The notes under the pieces were generated by a model, which worked only from the letters and a program-made list of their open reading frames with translations, was not told the DNA's origin and searched no databases. Source: Adineta ricciae (Eukaryota). Taken from it: a stretch of 62,562 nucleotides of DNA. Positions 1 through 10,853 of this stretch are shown in pieces; the stretch's first letter is position 1; every line of letters begins with the position of its first letter. The stretch is from NCBI GenBank assembly GCA_905250025.1, contig CAJNOJ010000205.1:17730-80291 (forward strand), written 5' to 3'. The translations under genes were made by a program, and so were the position numbers.

Positions 1-278
1 AATAAACAGACCAAAACAATCGATATTCAAGTTCAGTATAGTGGTGGTTGTGCCGAACATGAATTTCAACTCAAAGTTGGCTCTTGTCGAGAAACTTATC
101 CTGTTCAATGTGATGCGAAGTTGATCGACTTAACAGTAAACGATTATTGCGATGCGATCGTCTCTCGTGAAGTTTCGATCAGTACTCAATCGATTGGCTT
201 AGATGATGGTTATTACGCTGGTGCAACTATTCAAATTTATGGGGGCGCGAATACAAAAGCTAAGTTTGTTCTTTCGTA
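1..278 (+). CDS. 3' end of an unidentified protein-coding gene; the 5' part lies outside the window
   Basis: Frame 1 is open from base 1 to the TAA at 276-278 (…YSGGCAEHEFQLKVGSCRETYPVQCDAKLIDLTVNDYCDAIVSREVSISTQSIGLDDGYYAGATIQIYGGANTKAKFVLS*). It has no Met, so it is missing from the supplied ORF track. No recognisable domain. Confidence 0.3.
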
Positions 279-420
279 AACATTTGTACGCCGATTGCAC
301 GTGTTTATTCGTATTGAAATAAAATATGTAATTTCGCAATATCTTTTCGTTGTCTACTTTGAATAATCTATACCGTCATTGATAGCATTATAGTCTTCCA
401 TTCTGAAATACAGAAAGTAT

Positions 421-1530
421 TGATACTAGCGCTTTTTCCTACGGAAATACTTCGTCATATATTCGAATATTTGGCAACTCATGACATCATTTATGCGTAC
501 TAAGGACTCAACAAGCGTATCAACGCGATTGTAAATAAATATGATATCCAGAATATCCATTTGCAGCGCGTATCGAAATCAATATACAACTTCATCTTCC
601 AATCAATTTCTTCGAAACAAATTCGATCGCTGACATTATCTGATGATGAGAATACTATGCCACAAATGCATCTCTTCTTTCGATCGTTCTATATGGAACG
701 ATTTATTCATCTCAAGTCATTAACATTCATTGAAATCGATGAACAAGACTAGATGAAGTTTCCTTCTAAGCTTCATTATTAATCTAATTTGACATCTGTG
801 TCGCTCGTACGTCCCTACGGCATCTTTATGTTCAACATCTTGTGAAAAACTACCGTTTAAATCTTTTACTTTAGGCGAATGTATAGCATGTATATAACAC
901 TGTATGAATAGCTTTCATGCACATCAATGTAAATCAATTTAGAAATTAAATTATATAGTAATACAATGTATAGTGATCTTTCTTCGTATTTACCGCTTAC
1001 TAGTCAAGGGAATACGACTTGATATTTGAAAAATCGAGGACTATATTCTATTTACTAGTATGCAGAAATTAGAAATTCTCACATGTATCACCGAAAATCA
1101 ATTCTGTTTCATTTTGAAAGTTTATCAGAAATGGAAAAACTTTATTGAAAACTGTTCATCACAGCTGAAAGATTTTCGTTTCAAATGTGATATGATAGAT
1201 GGAGAAGATTTTCGCATATACAGTCAGTTTACAACCATTGAAATTCTTCTGACTTCATTCGTTCGTTTCAATTCACGAATTAAAACAAAAGTTTTCGGAC
1301 AACCACTGCGTGCTATTCTATCTTCCAGTGCAATTCAAAAAAATGATATCCAAGTCTTACTACATAATATGGCGATGTTTATGATACGTTCTTCAACGGT
1401 AAATGGAGGAAATATACTGTTGATTCTGAAGGCTTCGTACAATGAGGAAATCGATTCTACTGATATTGAAATAAGCTACCGTGGTTGTAAGGAACACATA
1501 GTTCATCTCACAATGCAGCGCTTGTCATGA
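421..1530 (+). pseudogene. Decayed paralog of the F-box gene at 1970..3625, with an in-frame stop and an internal deletion
   Basis: 421-752 translates to LFPTEILRHIFEYLATHDIIYAY*GLNKRIN…SISSKQIRSLTLSDDENTMPQMHLFFRSFYMERFIHLKSLTFIEIDEQD. This is collinear with the N-terminus of the downstream gene (FPTELFFETFRYLTTYDILHAF…SISPEQIQSLVLSDEDDTVRQIHLFFRLLYIRRFVNLKSLTLIAIDEQD), but a TAA replaces a codon inside the F-box. ORF 1060..1530 (…SSQLKDFRFKCDM…) matches the C-terminal part of the same family (…LEDFRFKIHP…) after about 300 bp instead of about 1 kb. Confidence 0.55.
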
Positions 1531-1969
1531 AAGTTATGTAGCTCAATGCACTGCGAAATTGTTTGATTTAATAAACGAAGAATGTGAAACGTTCTTTCTT
1601 CATCGACCATTATTTAGTCTTGAATCACTTGACTTAAATATCCTTTACCACTCTAGAGCAATCATTCGTATAAAAGGTGGAAATGGCACATCGGCTACTG
1701 TTGTTCTTCCAGAGTTTTCGTAGAATTTTTTTTCGTATGTATTAACGAATGTGTATGCGGAGCGATCGAGACAAGCAAAATAAATATTCTGCATCACACG
1801 TTACGACCTAACTAACCAACTAAGACGCGTGATTGTTAGTGCAAACATTTGGTGAAATATGCCATCTATCGCAGTTTGTTTTCGATTTGCTTATGTGAAA
1901 TGACATATGTAATTACATAACGTTGCCAAAGATGGTTGTAACTCGTTTTCATACTGTCATACATTCGTA

Positions 1970-3625
1970 ATGCCAAGTCCAACGATGTTTGATCGGTTTC
2001 CAACCGAACTATTCTTTGAAACGTTCAGGTATTTAACAACTTACGATATTCTGCACGCATTCAAGGACCTCAATCAACATATTAACATGGTGTTAAGAAA
2101 TTATTACAAATACGATTTGAATTTTCAATCATGGTCAAAAGGCAAATTTGATTTTGTTCGTGAATCCATTTCTCCTGAACAAATTCAATCTTTGGTATTA
2201 TCCGATGAAGACGATACAGTTCGGCAAATTCATCTCTTCTTTCGATTGCTCTACATTCGACGATTTGTAAATCTCAAGTCATTAACACTGATTGCAATCG
2301 ATGAACAAGATTGGAAGAAAATTCAAAGAAAACTTCATTTCTTATCAAATTTAACTTCTCTTTCACTTCGATTGTCACAACATTTATCATCGATCAGCGT
2401 CGAATTACCACTGAAATCTTTAGTATTAAATACATGTACAACGAATGAATTGCATCAATGGCTTGTGCACACACCGATGTTAATCAATTTAGAAGTCGAA
2501 TTGATTGTTGATGTATCCGACAATGATTTTCGTTTGAACCCAATTGGCACGAATATTCGTCGGTTGAAAATCAAACTTCCTGAGAAGTCTCACATAACAT
2601 TTGAGGATCTCGAAGCACTTTTTGTCTGTATGCCGAAAGTGAAGTTCTTGACAATGACCGTCGCCAAAGGATTTCGCTTATTTCACGGTGATCGTTGGGA
2701 AGATCTACTCCGAAGATATTTACCTCATCTAGAAGATTTTCGTTTCAAAATTCATCCCGCTTTAGACAATGTCAATCCTACACAATTAATATCTGCATTT
2801 CAAACACCTTTCTGGTTACACGAACATCAATGGATTGTTCATTGTGATTTTCATGGTGTACACAATCGACATTATCGTAACGTGAATAATATTCACTTCT
2901 ATACATTACCTTATCCTCATGATCAGTTTTATTTAACTACCTCAACAAAGTCATTAACTAACCATTCAAAAGATGCATTTCAAACGGTCAAAGAACTATA
3001 CCTATCAATCGATTCCGACATGTCTACACATCTGCTCGAACATTTTTATTTTCCTGATCTTGACTCATTGATCGTCTGTAACTTACATGAATTGCCATCA
3101 TTGATTGATTTGATTAATCTTTCCCGTATTAAGCATCTAACCATCGAACAAAACAATCCTATCCAGCCTCAAGAATTCTTCTTGCATATTCTAGTATATA
3201 CCATTAATCTCCGATCGTTGAAAATCTCTTGGCATTCGCTGATGGAAATCACTCGGGAGTTCACCAATCAAAATATATGCTCGATATTGGAGAAACAGAT
3301 TAAACATTTACATGTATTCGATTGTGCAACGAAAATCAGTCCAGACAAGGGTAAACAAGTCGAATGTCTGATTAAATTATTTTCGAAAAATCTTGAAAAA
3401 CTCAACGTACATGTTCCATCGCTCGATAATATTGCCATGCTATTAAATGAAATGTTGAAATTAAATAGTATGGCTGCAGAATATGAGTCAAAATCCAACA
3501 AGATGGATAGTGATCGTTTATTGTCATGGTTAACAGAAAATGTTCCGAAATTGAAAAAGTTTACTCATCAAATACGATACACGTCGAAATCTCGAGTTCA
3601 ATTACTTTTTTGGATGAGTCTTTGA
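1970..3625 (+). CDS. F-box domain protein with LRR-like repeats and a C-terminal FWL…W motif (551 aa, single exon)
   Basis: Uninterrupted 551-aa ORF. The N-terminus FDRFPTELFFETFRYLTTYDILHAFKDLNQ fits the F-box consensus. Repeated L-rich segments (LKSLTLIAIDEQD, LTSLSLRL, LKSLVLNTC) follow. The C-terminus is shared with the ORF at 49276..50355 (-). Confidence 0.8.
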   Translation: MPSPTMFDRFPTELFFETFRYLTTYDILHAFKDLNQHINMVLRNYYKYDLNFQSWSKGKFDFVRESISPEQIQSLVLSDEDDTVRQIHLFFRLLYIRRFVNLKSLTLIAIDEQDWKKIQRKLHFLSNLTSLSLRLSQHLSSISVELPLKSLVLNTCTTNELHQWLVHTPMLINLEVELIVDVSDNDFRLNPIGTNIRRLKIKLPEKSHITFEDLEALFVCMPKVKFLTMTVAKGFRLFHGDRWEDLLRRYLPHLEDFRFKIHPALDNVNPTQLISAFQTPFWLHEHQWIVHCDFHGVHNRHYRNVNNIHFYTLPYPHDQFYLTTSTKSLTNHSKDAFQTVKELYLSIDSDMSTHLLEHFYFPDLDSLIVCNLHELPSLIDLINLSRIKHLTIEQNNPIQPQEFFLHILVYTINLRSLKISWHSLMEITREFTNQNICSILEKQIKHLHVFDCATKISPDKGKQVECLIKLFSKNLEKLNVHVPSLDNIAMLLNEMLKLNSMAAEYESKSNKMDSDRLLSWLTENVPKLKKFTHQIRYTSKSRVQLLFWMSL

Positions 3626-3642
3626 GAGTAGTTATTCTCGCT

Positions 3643-4941
3643 TTTAACAATCGAAATAAATCATGATACATTTATTTTGTTTAGCAATGATATCGACTTT
3701 GTTGTCGCCATTTAAGTCACTTGCAGATGATAAGATTTGAGAAACAATTCTATAGGTAATTTTCGATCCAAAGGTGCCATCATCTTGATTGAAAACAACA
3801 CTTATATCCATATTCAGATTTTTAGCAACAACTATATCCGATTTCTTTTGTCATGATTAATGTTGATAATGATAATAGATGTTGGAAATTCACCAACTGA
3901 ATAAGTAGATTCATAGATGAAAAGGTAATATTGCCTGCGTTAAGAAAATCAACGATACTGTCTAACTCAGCATATCCGACAACAATGTTAAGTTCTCCGT
4001 CGTTAGTCATGTTGTTAACACGAATCGGAATTGCACTTGACCCAATGTCGTACCGTATTTCATTTATAAACGTTCCATCACCCCTGTTGAGAAGAATGCA
4101 CACTTTCGTTGCATTCGACTGAGAACCACCGAAGACAAGATCGAGCCTGTCATGATTGTTCATACACATCCATTGGTTGAATAGTGCTCGAATCAGTATC
4201 AACTGTGTAATCGACTTCCTTTGTGAATGTTCTATTTCATGAATTGAGAAAAATGAAAACGTTAAGCGTAGCCCTTACTCCAATAATAATGTTTAAGTCA
4301 ATCACGGCTATTCCATATGATGTGTTTTTCAAGAGATACTTCGTTGCATTCAGAAATGTTTTATTATCAGTCTTGAAAAGAATACCGAAACTACTCGTAG
4401 ACCTGCCATAGTTAACCATAACGATGTTGAGCTTTTCATCGTTGTTGATATCAGCAATCGCTAGTACATTTGTGCCCATAATTGAATAAATGGATGGATC
4501 GGTGAACATACTGCGGCAAACTATGAAATAGAAAGACGATTCGCCTCTTTACCTCCGCTGATGCTATTCGTTCTCAAGAACTCAAAGGAGAACTGTTAAA
4601 ACTTCAACGGTTTGTTATCACTAACCATTTTCTGACAACAGCACTGTTGTTATCGATGTTGTTGCCGAGATAGCAAGTGTAGCTGTTTCCATTGGTGGTG
4701 TTGATGTTGAAACGAGTAGTTGCTCTGCGGAAAAAAAAGATTATCTGTCGTTACATACAACAAGTACTCGTCGTTTTATCATCTATATTGGTAACACGTC
4801 TTAGTAAGATTAAACGAAAATTTACCTGTTGCAGGTATTATTTCTGCAGTTGTACTTCTATTTTTCGTTGTCAGAACAATTGTTAGACTGACTGTTCCGG
4901 TAACCATCAACGTACAGATAATGATAAAACAATTGATCCGC
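3643..4941 (-). CDS. Secreted FG-GAP (integrin-alpha-like beta-propeller) repeat protein, multi-exon
   Basis: Minus-strand ORF pieces 4779..4988, about 4600..4729, 4237..4509, 3822..4202 and a terminal exon ending at the TAA near 3643. The N-terminus MRINCFIIICTLMVTGTVSLT is signal-like. There are several FG-GAP-type motifs (ADINNDEKLNIVMVNYG; VNNMTNDGELNIVVGYAE; FNQDDGTFGS; DLNGDNKVDIIA). An acceptor tttttttccgcag lies upstream of the second exon. Exact exon junctions were not resolved. Confidence 0.5.
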
Positions 4942-5336
4942 ATGGATTTTCTTCCTTGAAGATATCCACATCTAGTAAATAAAATCAAAGATCGTTGTTG
5001 AAATTAAAAAAAAGACGTACATTGAATTCGAATAATTATTCAACATTTATGTTCGATTAGAATTAATTGAATCAGACTATCAGAAATGCATAAATGAAGA
5101 AGTTTGAATCTTATGTTCTCTCAAGATGGTACATTAAATAATCAACTCTTATTTTGTTGGTATTCATAGTTAGAAGAGAACAAAAATAATCCACACTAAG
5201 AAAAGTCAAGCGCAGCATTTCCTGAAGAAAGCAACAACATATCCTGTTCACATACACACGTTTCTACTGAACGAGCTAGAAAAGCTTTGCAACATTCTGC
5301 GAAAAGAAGAAGCAATTTATTTTTTCTTGTTCCTTA

Positions 5337-8300
5337 TCAATTTCTGCAACGAAATGTAGAAAATATTCGCGATCGCTTGAGAACTGCTACGATCTCCTTT
5401 TTGTAGACTTCGGAAGGCCATACAAAAATAACGAATGTTAGCAAAGGTGGTATGTACGAAATAAAATAGCCGAACAAAAATAACCAGGGGTTTCTGGCTG
5501 ATTTCATACATCCAGAGGCGAACGAAATGACCAGACGTGGTACGGCTAGAATAACCAAAATCAGCGGACTAATTATAAGATGCTTTTGTTCACTAAAGCC
5601 TTTGTATAAATGTTCTTTATAAGTCATTGCTCTGTCTGTAGCTGAATGGATGCGAGAAACAGTAACGATGATAATCATGGCTGAAACTAAATTGATAGAG
5701 AACGGCATAATAAAATGAAAAATATTCATAAATGAATCGAATGTTTTCATGATAGAAGTGTAGCGAACAACGCACCAAGTCCGCAGTTCTTCTTTATCAT
5801 CAATCAGTTCACGGTGAATTGGGTCATGTACAAAGCTGACAAGACAACACAATACAGTGCCAATGATGACCCATGGTGCAATCCTTCGACTTTTGTCCTT
5901 ACTATAATGTATTCCTTTTTGCAAGATAGAAGCTCTTTCAATAGCAACGCAAGCATTCAACCAAGTGCTTATAGTAAGAAGAGATTGCAGAGTAAAATCC
6001 ATTACAATGCAGTCTAAGAGAATGAAGGTAGGATTTTTGATCCATGACATCTGGGAGAATAGTAGAAACCAAAATTTTGTCATAAAGACAACAGAGCAGA
6101 TAAGGGATACGATTGATGATACGAAAAGATAGAATCCAGATCCAGTCTGACGAAGAGTTTTTGACTTGAATGTCATAATCGACAAAAGCCCATTGACGAC
6201 ACCAACTAAACACATGAGTGTTGTTATTATAACACTAACTTTGACTGAAGATGGCTGACGTGCAAGGGATAAATGTGGTTGTATTTGGTATCCGAGGATA
6301 ATGTTAAGTGATAAGCCAAAACCTTTCGTCGTGAACTGGCATCTTCCTCCGTAAAAGCAGTCGGTGCAAATACACATGGTTGATTGAGGACACGTAGCAG
6401 GATTCTGAAGACATTGGCCACCATTTTCACACGTACTTCGTCCCTTACACACGTGGGTCTTATTGAAATCAAAGGGGAAACAGTTCGCAAAATTGTCATT
6501 GTTGCACAAGCATACAAATGCCTTCGGATCGTAGAAACAAGAGAAATGAGTATTTTGTCGGCAAACATTATGATAGAATTTTGCCCGGCGCAATATATGA
6601 AAGTCTAGTGTTCGTTTATCAAGTAAGTAATCGACAGCAGGACAATAGTGAAACGAGCTCATCTGGAGTGAGATTCGTCGTGCTAAAGATGAACTGTTCG
6701 TTTGTAGAAAGGCAAGATAATAATCATTATCGATTTGAACGAAAATCAGATTGAAGGGCAGTGCGATATACAATAAGGTGCTGTGTTCGTCGAAACGAAT
6801 CTTCCTAGGTATTGTAGTGATTGAAGGATGACTTTTCACACGTTGTGTAATGACATGAACTAATAGAGCTCGAGGAATATCTACACCGTCAAATGAAATA
6901 TCCACACGCGTATCTCTTATTTCACACATCGAACCAGAGTAGCCATTGATACAAATACATTTGAATGTTACCGCAAATATCTGTTGGTCTTCTATTATAC
7001 ACTGACCGCCGTTTTTGCACGGGTTATTTTGACATATAGAAGTAAGAAAGCAACGTGGCCCAAGCTTTGTATGAGGACACAAACAAATCGACCGATTGTT
7101 GACTTCACCAAGACACTTCGCATCCGACGAGCAATCACAATTATACAGTTGAATAGAACAATCAGTGCCTGACCAACCGGACTCACAGAGACAAAAGTCG
7201 TCTTTTCTATTTGAGTACATCATGCAACGACCATGACTACTGCATGCTAATTTACATGTTTCGATGTGACTTACAGGATGAGACGGTAGAATCAAGTGTG
7301 TAGCAATACGATTGACAGGCAGAAATAGAAACTTGACTGGTAACATCCAACTTGTATAATGAAGAAGATCAAGCTTACTGTAAGCATCAATTCGAACGGT
7401 ATAATTTTTCTCCAAATTCTTTGGTTGAGTCCGAAAAAGCAGGTACACGTTGTATTTTCGATCGCAACTGCTCGTGGAGATGTAGGTGAACTGTTCGTAA
7501 GAATGAATTATGCTACCACTATCGACAAGAGTCACAATGATAGTATAGATTCCTTGACAGTTCGGAGCGCATTCTTTGCTGAATTGCAGAGTTAGACTAA
7601 CTCGTTCGTTCTGAAATTGACAGCGATCTCCGTAATAGCTAGGCGGACAGAGGCATCTTTTAATTCTTTGTTCTCCTTGAAAGAAAAGAATACCGCGATT
7701 GCAGATCCATGCTCGATAGTAGTTTATATCTGCATCGAGTTTTTTGAACGAAGAATCGACACGGTCTGTCTGAGTATTCAAAACTTGAACAGGACTAGAG
7801 TCATCACTTACTGGTAAGTTTGTATACGATCCGTTTGATCCGAAACGACTCATATGACTTAAAATAAAGTACTCCTCGTTACGAGAGTATTTACTACCTA
7901 AGCTACCGTCTAATATAGGACTCTGTAAGATTAAATCTATGTCACTACCGTCTTTGCATATACTCTTATTCAAGTTCTGCTCTTCAAATGGACAAACGTG
8001 AATACCCAAACAACCTCCACTGATACATATTGTACTATTCCAACATCGATAACGCAATCCAGAGTGTTCTGGGTAGAGTTTACGACAGTAATTTCTTTCA
8101 TCGGTTGATCCTAAACAATCTACCTTTCCATCTCCGGCTTTTTCGACCGGTAAACATGTTATTTGAAGGTTGGTAGGCGATACACACAAGTGTTGATTAG
8201 GGTAACATGGAGACATTGAGTTACAGTTAACCTCATCCATGCCGTTCGGACAATCCCATGCGCCATTGCATTGTGTGTATTGATTGCTACATGGCCACTG

Positions 8301-10148
8301 TTCACAATTTGTCTCATCTGTTTCTTCTTGTTTTCCGTTGACTATTAACGATAGTTGAACATATCCATTACAAAGGTTTTGAAAAGAGAATGTTTTGTTG
8401 AAGTCAAATGTTTCATCTTCGCCTCGCAAACAATTCTCTTGCGTGTTGTGAATCAGAACAGGTGAAATACATTTGTCTTCAGATGAACATCGAAAACGGT
8501 GCTTGTCGTCAAGTTTACACGAATCTGAGAAGAATTCATCATCAGGTCCGAAACAATCCATGACTCCATCGACTAGTCTATGCTTCGAGATGCATTTCGT
8601 TGGCTTTGTACAATGAAACATCGATGAATCAAAACAATGCGATTCGTTGCCACTTTCGTCGACTGTCAAACATGTATGAAACATTTCAATTAAAAAACGA
8701 ATATTTGGTAGCTGATAGCTTGAAACATTTGAACATGGCATATGGTCGATCATAAAGTTTTTTTCAAAGACTGGACAGCGTTTTTCATTGAAACAGATAA
8801 AGTCAGGAAGTGGCATTTTGTCGGACTGGTGATATGTAACTAGTGTACTTGTCCAAAAACCGAACTGTCCGTATTCCTGAAGAAAAGGTATCATAGGGAA
8901 AAGTATATAGGTTGGGTGATTGCAAAAAGTATGAATCGGTACAGAACATGGTGGACGCTGATTTTCACATAGCCGAATAAAAGAAATAAACCAAGTGTCG
9001 TATTTCATAATATATTTGATCAGATTTAAACATTCTGAAGTCCAGTTCAATGAACGCAGTTTGTTAAACACAACTGACTGAAATAGTATTTCATCGCGAT
9101 GATTCTCGCATGTTGAATACGCAATCGTGTCAAAGTTCATACGAAAACCAGTCTGCATTTGAATATTTTGTCCGTCACCACACACGAGGCCGCGTAACCC
9201 AGAAAAGGGATCTGACTCTTCACATAGAAACGTTGGATCTTTATAACACTGAACAAATCCCAAAACTCGATTGAGTTTCAAGTCATCGAAGTTATTCTCA
9301 TCAGTCCCATCCAGACAATCTGGATTATATGGATGATCATTAAGAAATTCTTCAGGTACACAAATTCCATTATGACATCGATACTCGCCATGTTCACATT
9401 CATTTAGTTCCAGGTGCAAGCAGTGCTTCTCGTCGAGTCCGTCACCTAGACAATCGATTCGCCCATCACACACTTCACGCCAATCGAGACACATTGGCAG
9501 TGGTCCACGATTGCATTTTATGTGCATGTAACACGTTAAATTAGTGATATCAAGATTGGACGTATAAATCGATTCTGCCCATTTGGGATCTTTTTTAGTA
9601 AATGTTTCTGTCACAATGCTAGAAAATGATGCGTTGGAGTCAAATGTAAATTGACAAAACGTTCCGAACCATGATGATGTACAATTATAAAATCGATTCA
9701 ATACACCTGATGTTTCTAATCTATTTTGAAAGCTTACGTAGTTTTCGACAAGATCGATCGGGGCAGACCAAGAAAGTAGATCTTGTGCACTAACATTCAT
9801 TGCTTTCAAGTCATCCAATGTATAATTTGATAGTATATTATCTCGTGTAATAATTGATTCGTTTCCCTCTTCCTGGGCAAGTGGACGTAAACAGTACGAG
9901 ATAATTTGATAAGGATATTCAAATTTCTCGTGTCTCCATTGAAATTTGATATAGTTATCTACATTGAACTCCAAACAGTCATGATACAAAACATCTTTAC
10001 TTATTGAATCGGTGTAATACAAGTTTAGTTGAGCGTGAATTGGCGTCCACATCGTGATTAGCGTCGTCGTTGTCACAAGGATCATCATGATGGAAATAAT
10101 ATCCATTCTTACTATATTAACTGAATATATGAGTACGTATATAGCCAA
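5337..10148 (-). CDS. Giant single-exon receptor: about 6 LDL-receptor class A modules, at least 3 EGF-like modules and a C-terminal rhodopsin-like 7TM domain (1603 aa)
   Basis: Continuous 1603-aa ORF. LDLa signatures include CLDWREVCDGRIDCLGDGLDEKHC, CEHGEYRCHNGICVPEEF…DCLDGTDE, CTKPTKCISKHRLVDGVMDCFGPDDE, …TQCNGAWDCPNGMDEVNC and CLPVEKAGDGKVDCLGSTDERNYC. EGF-like signatures include CLCPPSYYGDRCQF, CLCESGWSGTDCS and CICINGYSGSMCE. The C-terminal roughly 330 aa has seven hydrophobic helices with an E/DRY-like AIERASIL after TM3 and NPWLFLFGY in TM7. It is paralogous to 58349..62562 (-). Confidence 0.85.
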   Translation of the reverse strand: MAIYVLIYSVNIVRMDIISIMMILVTTTTLITMWTPIHAQLNLYYTDSISKDVLYHDCLEFNVDNYIKFQWRHEKFEYPYQIISYCLRPLAQEEGNESIITRDNILSNYTLDDLKAMNVSAQDLLSWSAPIDLVENYVSFQNRLETSGVLNRFYNCTSSWFGTFCQFTFDSNASFSSIVTETFTKKDPKWAESIYTSNLDITNLTCYMHIKCNRGPLPMCLDWREVCDGRIDCLGDGLDEKHCLHLELNECEHGEYRCHNGICVPEEFLNDHPYNPDCLDGTDENNFDDLKLNRVLGFVQCYKDPTFLCEESDPFSGLRGLVCGDGQNIQMQTGFRMNFDTIAYSTCENHRDEILFQSVVFNKLRSLNWTSECLNLIKYIMKYDTWFISFIRLCENQRPPCSVPIHTFCNHPTYILFPMIPFLQEYGQFGFWTSTLVTYHQSDKMPLPDFICFNEKRCPVFEKNFMIDHMPCSNVSSYQLPNIRFLIEMFHTCLTVDESGNESHCFDSSMFHCTKPTKCISKHRLVDGVMDCFGPDDEFFSDSCKLDDKHRFRCSSEDKCISPVLIHNTQENCLRGEDETFDFNKTFSFQNLCNGYVQLSLIVNGKQEETDETNCEQWPCSNQYTQCNGAWDCPNGMDEVNCNSMSPCYPNQHLCVSPTNLQITCLPVEKAGDGKVDCLGSTDERNYCRKLYPEHSGLRYRCWNSTICISGGCLGIHVCPFEEQNLNKSICKDGSDIDLILQSPILDGSLGSKYSRNEEYFILSHMSRFGSNGSYTNLPVSDDSSPVQVLNTQTDRVDSSFKKLDADINYYRAWICNRGILFFQGEQRIKRCLCPPSYYGDRCQFQNERVSLTLQFSKECAPNCQGIYTIIVTLVDSGSIIHSYEQFTYISTSSCDRKYNVYLLFRTQPKNLEKNYTVRIDAYSKLDLLHYTSWMLPVKFLFLPVNRIATHLILPSHPVSHIETCKLACSSHGRCMMYSNRKDDFCLCESGWSGTDCSIQLYNCDCSSDAKCLGEVNNRSICLCPHTKLGPRCFLTSICQNNPCKNGGQCIIEDQQIFAVTFKCICINGYSGSMCEIRDTRVDISFDGVDIPRALLVHVITQRVKSHPSITTIPRKIRFDEHSTLLYIALPFNLIFVQIDNDYYLAFLQTNSSSLARRISLQMSSFHYCPAVDYLLDKRTLDFHILRRAKFYHNVCRQNTHFSCFYDPKAFVCLCNNDNFANCFPFDFNKTHVCKGRSTCENGGQCLQNPATCPQSTMCICTDCFYGGRCQFTTKGFGLSLNIILGYQIQPHLSLARQPSSVKVSVIITTLMCLVGVVNGLLSIMTFKSKTLRQTGSGFYLFVSSIVSLICSVVFMTKFWFLLFSQMSWIKNPTFILLDCIVMDFTLQSLLTISTWLNACVAIERASILQKGIHYSKDKSRRIAPWVIIGTVLCCLVSFVHDPIHRELIDDKEELRTWCVVRYTSIMKTFDSFMNIFHFIMPFSINLVSAMIIIVTVSRIHSATDRAMTYKEHLYKGFSEQKHLIISPLILVILAVPRLVISFASGCMKSARNPWLFLFGYFISYIPPLLTFVIFVWPSEVYKKEIVAVLKRSRIFSTFRCRN

Positions 10149-10311
10149 AACTTTATACGCGTGTTAATGGAATGTTAAAAAAAACTTCAGTGCCATCAAA
10201 GTCAAATGCTAAATATCATCATTTACTCTATCAATCATGCTGACACGTTTCGTAAGCATTGCCATCGTCATGTTTTTTCATAGTGACATAACGTGCCACC
10301 GAAACATAGGA

Positions 10312-10330
10312 TATATATATATATATAAAG
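10312..10330. repeat. (TA)n microsatellite
   Basis: atatatatatatatatata, read directly, in the intergenic region between the LDLa-7TM gene and the TRPM gene. Confidence 0.9.
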
Positions 10331-10853
10331 AATGTGATTATTACCGCGTATAGGCAAGTGTAGTAAACGGTATATCTACTTGGTGGCTGAAGTGTCCATA
10401 TAACATTTTTATGTATTTACCGTCATATCACAATTTGTTTGATTTTTATGCTATTGATGGACAAATTTTAACAAAACTGCAGAATTTCTCAGTCACCCAT
10501 GACATTGATTTCATACTTAAATGTTATTTTTTTAGTTGTTAAATTCCCATATTCATCATAATTGAATGACGATAAGGTAAGTGTAGCCATATTACTCAAC
10601 TCCTCCCATTAGTTTTTCATTAAGATGTTACATGCAGCAACAATTTCTTTTCTTGTTCTTCCATCGACGCTGCGATATATTTACTTTCTTAAAAATATGT
10701 AAAAAGATGAGAATGTCATGGAGATTGCCATCGCTGCATTCATTTCACTGCCTGTCGTTATGTTCACCACGTGCTTGGTGTCACTACAGTTTCATGCGTT
10801 GTGTAATAACAACACAAACCGAACAAAAACTTGTATAAGAAGAAAATTTTCAA

